From a candidate division WOR-3 bacterium (GTDB lineage Bacteria > Hydrothermota > Tepidihabitantia > Tepidihabitantales > Tepidihabitantaceae), in NCBI GenBank assembly GCA_965648935.1, contig CBFGIY010000047.1, positions 1-19,359 of the forward strand: a stretch of 19,359 nt of DNA, written 5' to 3'. A model generated the notes under the pieces. It was not told where the DNA came from, did not search any database, and saw only the letters and a list, made by a program, of their open reading frames with translations. Below, piece after piece: positions 16,509 through 19,359 of the stretch; position 1 is the stretch's first letter; the number at the start of each line of letters is the position of its first letter. The position numbers were made by a program, and so were the translations under genes.

Positions 16509-16982
16509 CTATCGGAGCTGGCCGCGAATCTCGCCGTCGGGGAAGGAGTCTGTGCGGATGCTGACATAGGTCGAGCCGGCGCGCACCGCCGACACCAGCG
16601 CGCGGATGCTCTTGCCCGCCATCGGGCCGATGAGGTCGGCGGTGAGCAGCGAGCCCTGGGTGAGCTGGCCGGTGAAGCTGCCGGTCTTCTTCGGCCCGGC
16701 ATACAGCACCGCGACCGAGTCGCCGTTCTGATTGGCCGGAGCGTAATGCAGGTACGCGGTGTTGATCTCGGCGAGGTTGGCGACCGTGATGGTGTACTCC
16801 ATCTTCGTGTTGGACACGTCGACCGTGAACTCGGCGGTGCCGGTGGCGATGCTCGAATTGGGCGGCACGGCGCTCGAGCCGTTGAGCGTCGCGCTGAAAC
16901 TGCGGGCGAGGTTCTCGCAGCCGGCCAGGCTGATGAGCGCGGCCGCGGCCATCAGTGCTGTCACATGAACTGCTCTGCGCAT
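16509..16982 (-). CDS. CHRD-domain lipoprotein (about 157 aa)
   Basis: AGGAGG SD before ATG 16982 and lipobox SLAG-C. CHRD signature FSATLNG...VPP...ATGTA...Y.....FPDGEIRGQL. Confidence 0.88.
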   Translation of the reverse strand: MRRAVHVTALMAAAALISLAGCENLARSFSATLNGSSAVPPNSSIATGTAEFTVDVSNTKMEYTITVANLAEINTAYLHYAPANQNGDSVAVLYAGPKKTGSFTGQLTQGSLLTADLIGPMAGKSIRALVSAVRAGSTYVSIRTDSFPDGEIRGQLR

Positions 16983-17037
16983 ATTGCCTCCTGTCGTTGC
17001 CGATCTTTCTCTGCCGCGGGTCGGACAGATGATAGGT

Positions 17038-17619
17038 TCAGTCCTGCGTCGGGTCAAGCCGCCTGCGCGCCGCCCACTCCTCGCGCAGTATCCCGTAGAG
17101 CACGAGGTCGTGGAACGCGCCGAAGCTCTCGACGTGGCGGCGCTGCACCCCCTCGCGCATCATCCCCAGCTTCTGCATCACGCGGCCCGAGGCGTCGTTG
17201 CCCGCGATGTGCGACGAGTAGACCCGCCGCAGCCCGAGCGTGTTGAACGCGTAATCCAGCACCGCGTCGGCCGCCTCGGTGCAGTAGCCGCGGTTCCACC
17301 ACTCCCGGCCGACCCACCAGCCGATGTCGGCCCGGCAGTGCCGCGCGCTGATGGCCGCCAGCCCGATCGAGCCGACCAGCCAGCCGTCCCCGCGCTCGGT
17401 GATGGCGAACACGACCTCGCTGCCGTTGCGATACAGCTCGGGATGCGTGCGAATCCAGGACTCGGCCGCGCCCGCGGGATAAGGGTGAGGGATGCCCAGC
17501 GTGTTGCGGGCGAAGACCGCTTCGCCGCACAGCTCGCGCACGCGCGCACCGTCGGCGACCTCGAAAGGCCGCAATGCGAGGCGCGCGGTGAAAAGCGTCG
17601 GCTGAGGCTGGTCAAACAC
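17038..17619 (-). CDS. RimJ/RimL-family GNAT N-acetyltransferase
   Basis: TARLALRPF, IPHPY, ADIGWW....WNRGY.TEAA, N.ASGRVMQKLGM..EG. Confidence 0.92.
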   Translation of the reverse strand: MFDQPQPTLFTARLALRPFEVADGARVRELCGEAVFARNTLGIPHPYPAGAAESWIRTHPELYRNGSEVVFAITERGDGWLVGSIGLAAISARHCRADIGWWVGREWWNRGYCTEAADAVLDYAFNTLGLRRVYSSHIAGNDASGRVMQKLGMMREGVQRRHVESFGAFHDLVLYGILREEWAARRRLDPTQD

Positions 17620-17625
17620 CGGCGG

Positions 17626-17653
17626 ATGATAACCCCGGAGCGAGGCCGGTCAA
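17626..17653 (-). promoter_or_regulatory. sigma70 promoter, leaderless geometry
   Basis: TTGACC (17653-17648), 16 nt, TATCAT (17631-17626), 6 nt, then GTG 17619. Confidence 0.75.
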
Positions 17654-17660
17654 CGCGCGG

Positions 17661-18245
17661 CTAGCGGCCGCACGCGCCGCCGTGCTTCTCGTGATAGCGC
17701 TGGTGATACTCCTCGGCGCGCCAGAACGTCTGCGCCGGCACAATCTCGGTGGCGATGGGCCGGCGCAGACGGCCGGACTGCTCCAGCGCCGCCTTCGAGG
17801 CCAGTGCCGCGGCCTGCTGCTCGGGAGTGTGGTAGAAAATCGCGGAACGATACTGACTGCCGATATCCGGACCCTGGCGGTTGAGCTGGGTCGGGTCGTG
17901 GATGTTCCAGAAAACTTCCAGCAGTTGCTCATACGAAACCACCGCCGGGTCAAACTCGACCTGCACCGCCTCGGCGTGACCGGTCCTGCCGGAGCAGACC
18001 TCGGAGTAGGTCGGGTTCTCTTTCCGGCCGCCGGTGTAGCCGACCGCGGCGTCAACCACGCCCTCGATTGCGCGGAACTTTGCCTCCACGCCCCAGAAAC
18101 ACCCGGCCGCGAAAGTCGCCTTCTCTGTCAAAGAATCTCCTCTGGTGGCGGCTGCGGCAACGGTTGACCGAGCCGCAGTGCCGCTGCCGCAGCCGCCGGT
18201 CAGGGCTACCAGCGCGGTCCACAGCGCTACAGCACTCTGCATCAC
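17661..18245 (-). CDS. msrA: Peptide-methionine (S)-S-oxide reductase MsrA with a predicted lipoprotein signal
   Basis: GCFWG catalytic motif, [30 protein letters not shown] and a C-terminal Cys. N-terminal ...ALVALTGG-C. Start is GTG 18245 or ATG 18242. Confidence 0.95.
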   Translation of the reverse strand: MMQSAVALWTALVALTGGCGSGTAARSTVAAAATRGDSLTEKATFAAGCFWGVEAKFRAIEGVVDAAVGYTGGRKENPTYSEVCSGRTGHAEAVQVEFDPAVVSYEQLLEVFWNIHDPTQLNRQGPDIGSQYRSAIFYHTPEQQAAALASKAALEQSGRLRRPIATEIVPAQTFWRAEEYHQRYHEKHGGACGR

Positions 18246-18281
18246 CTGTTTAGACTGCCGCGCAGGCAGGAGGGTGCCGCC

Positions 18282-18309
18282 TTGACACAGACTGGCGCGC
18301 GGCGAGAAT
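18282..18309 (+). promoter_or_regulatory. Putative sigma70 promoter for the cupin gene
   Basis: TTGACA (18282-18287), 16 nt, GAGAAT (18304-18309). Confidence 0.5.
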
Positions 18310-18351
18310 GTCGCAGAAGAGCGGCCCGGCTGCAGGGCCCGGGAGGTTCAC

Positions 18352-18693
18352 GTGAAGACCGGACACTACACCGACGTCGCGCCCGAAAAAGCCGCGATGC
18401 AGGGCGCGCAGGCCTGGATCCGCTGGATAATCACGGCCAAAGACGGCGCGCCGCTGTTCACGATGCGGGTCATCGAACTGCTCGACCGCGGCAACACCAT
18501 CCCGCTGCACAGCCATCCGTACGAACACGAGATTTTCGTCATCGAAGGCCGGGGACACGCGCGCTATCCCGGGGGCGAGCACGCGGTCGGGGTCGGCGAC
18601 TTCATCTACGTCGAGCCGGGCGAAGAACACGGGTTCGAGAACACCGGCGACACCCCGTTCCGCTTCATCTGCGTCATCCCGAACCCGAAGTAG
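18352..18693 (+). CDS. Cupin-2 domain protein
   Basis: GGAGG SD. Metal motif PLHSHPYEHEIFVIEG...PGEEHGFENTG...FICVIP. Confidence 0.92.
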   Translation: MKTGHYTDVAPEKAAMQGAQAWIRWIITAKDGAPLFTMRVIELLDRGNTIPLHSHPYEHEIFVIEGRGHARYPGGEHAVGVGDFIYVEPGEEHGFENTGDTPFRFICVIPNPK

Positions 18694-18738
18694 CCGCGCC
18701 CGGACTCGCGGTCGCGCCCGGCGTTCAGCCCGCCGCGC

Positions 18739-19359
18739 TCAGTAGCGGTGCGCGCCCCACTTCAGCAGATTGATGCCGACGAACGTGAAGAGCATCACGG
18801 CGAACGCCAGCGCGAAGCCGGCAAGGTTCAGCCAGCGCCGCGGCCGCAGATGGGCGTAACCGACCAGCACGGCCCAGGTCAGCAGCGCCCAGGATTCCTT
18901 CGGGTCCCAGTTCCAGTATCTGCCCCACGAAATGTCGGCCCACAGCGCGCCGGTCAGTATGCCGGAACCGAGAAGGAAAGCGGCCAGCAGGGCAACCCGC
19001 CGCAGGCTCTCGCCGTCGTCGTCGAGCCGCCGGTCAAACAGCGCGGCTGCCGACCACCCCAGACCGACCGCAAGCAACCCGTACCCGGCGAACGCGAGGA
19101 CGATGTGAATCGCGAACCAGGGCGAATCAAGAATCGGATTCAGCCCGCCGCCCGGATTCCAGCCGACCGCCAGCACCGCGACCCCGAGCACTGCCGCGCT
19201 CAGGATATCCCACGCCGCCTTGGCTGAATCGCGCGGCCGCCACAGATAGACTTTCAGCCCGGCCCAGTGAATCGCCAGCGCGAAGAACGCCATCGCCTCG
19301 AACCGCGAGGCAAACGGCAGAAACCCCACGCGCGCCGACCGGACAACGACAAAACCCAG
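18739..19359 (-). CDS. ccsA: Cytochrome c biogenesis protein CcsA/ResC (system II), 5' end outside the window
   Basis: WWD motif GALWADISWGRYWNWDPKESW and conserved His in WFAIHI, YAHLR and GAHRY. The frame stays open to position 19359 (LGFVVVRSARVGFLP...). Confidence 0.9.
   Translation of the reverse strand: MGFVVVRSARVGFLPFASRFEAMAFFALAIHWAGLKVYLWRPRDSAKAAWDILSAAVLGVAVLAVGWNPGGGLNPILDSPWFAIHIVLAFAGYGLLAVGLGWSAAALFDRRLDDDGESLRRVALLAAFLLGSGILTGALWADISWGRYWNWDPKESWALLTWAVLVGYAHLRPRRWLNLAGFALAFAVMLFTFVGINLLKWGAHRY

Noticed and set aside
17661..18245. Possible selenocysteine MsrA
   Set aside because: The catalytic residue is encoded by TGT (Cys) and there is no in-frame TGA.

Overview
High-GC bacterial chromosomal window with about 15 CDS (two cut by the window edges) and one gene fragment. 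Most genes encode cell-envelope or secreted proteins: three with T9SS/FlgD-like C-terminal sorting domains (M28 peptidase, repeat protein, metallophosphoesterase), six predicted lipoproteins (MmpS-like, DUF4097-like, two PKD-type including one with a PQQ-type propeller, CHRD, MsrA), a CBM9/DUF5916-like outer-membrane protein and a GT-C glycosyltransferase. It also carries an M19 dipeptidase, a GNAT, a cupin and ccsA. The style of the C-terminal domains suggests an FCB-related candidate lineage such as WOR-3 (inference). I found no rRNA, tRNA, CRISPR array, transposase or integrase. The most interesting signals are non-coding: (i) a terminator inside the leader of the M28 gene plus an 11-bp inverted repeat that brackets its promoter; (ii) several sigma70 promoters positioned for leaderless translation, with uniformly short SD spacing on the leadered genes; (iii) two orphan NrdR-box-like sites next to a truncated cation-transporter gene; (iv) a TGACA-repeat operator-like array. 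Family calls come from motif recognition by eye; no database searches were run.
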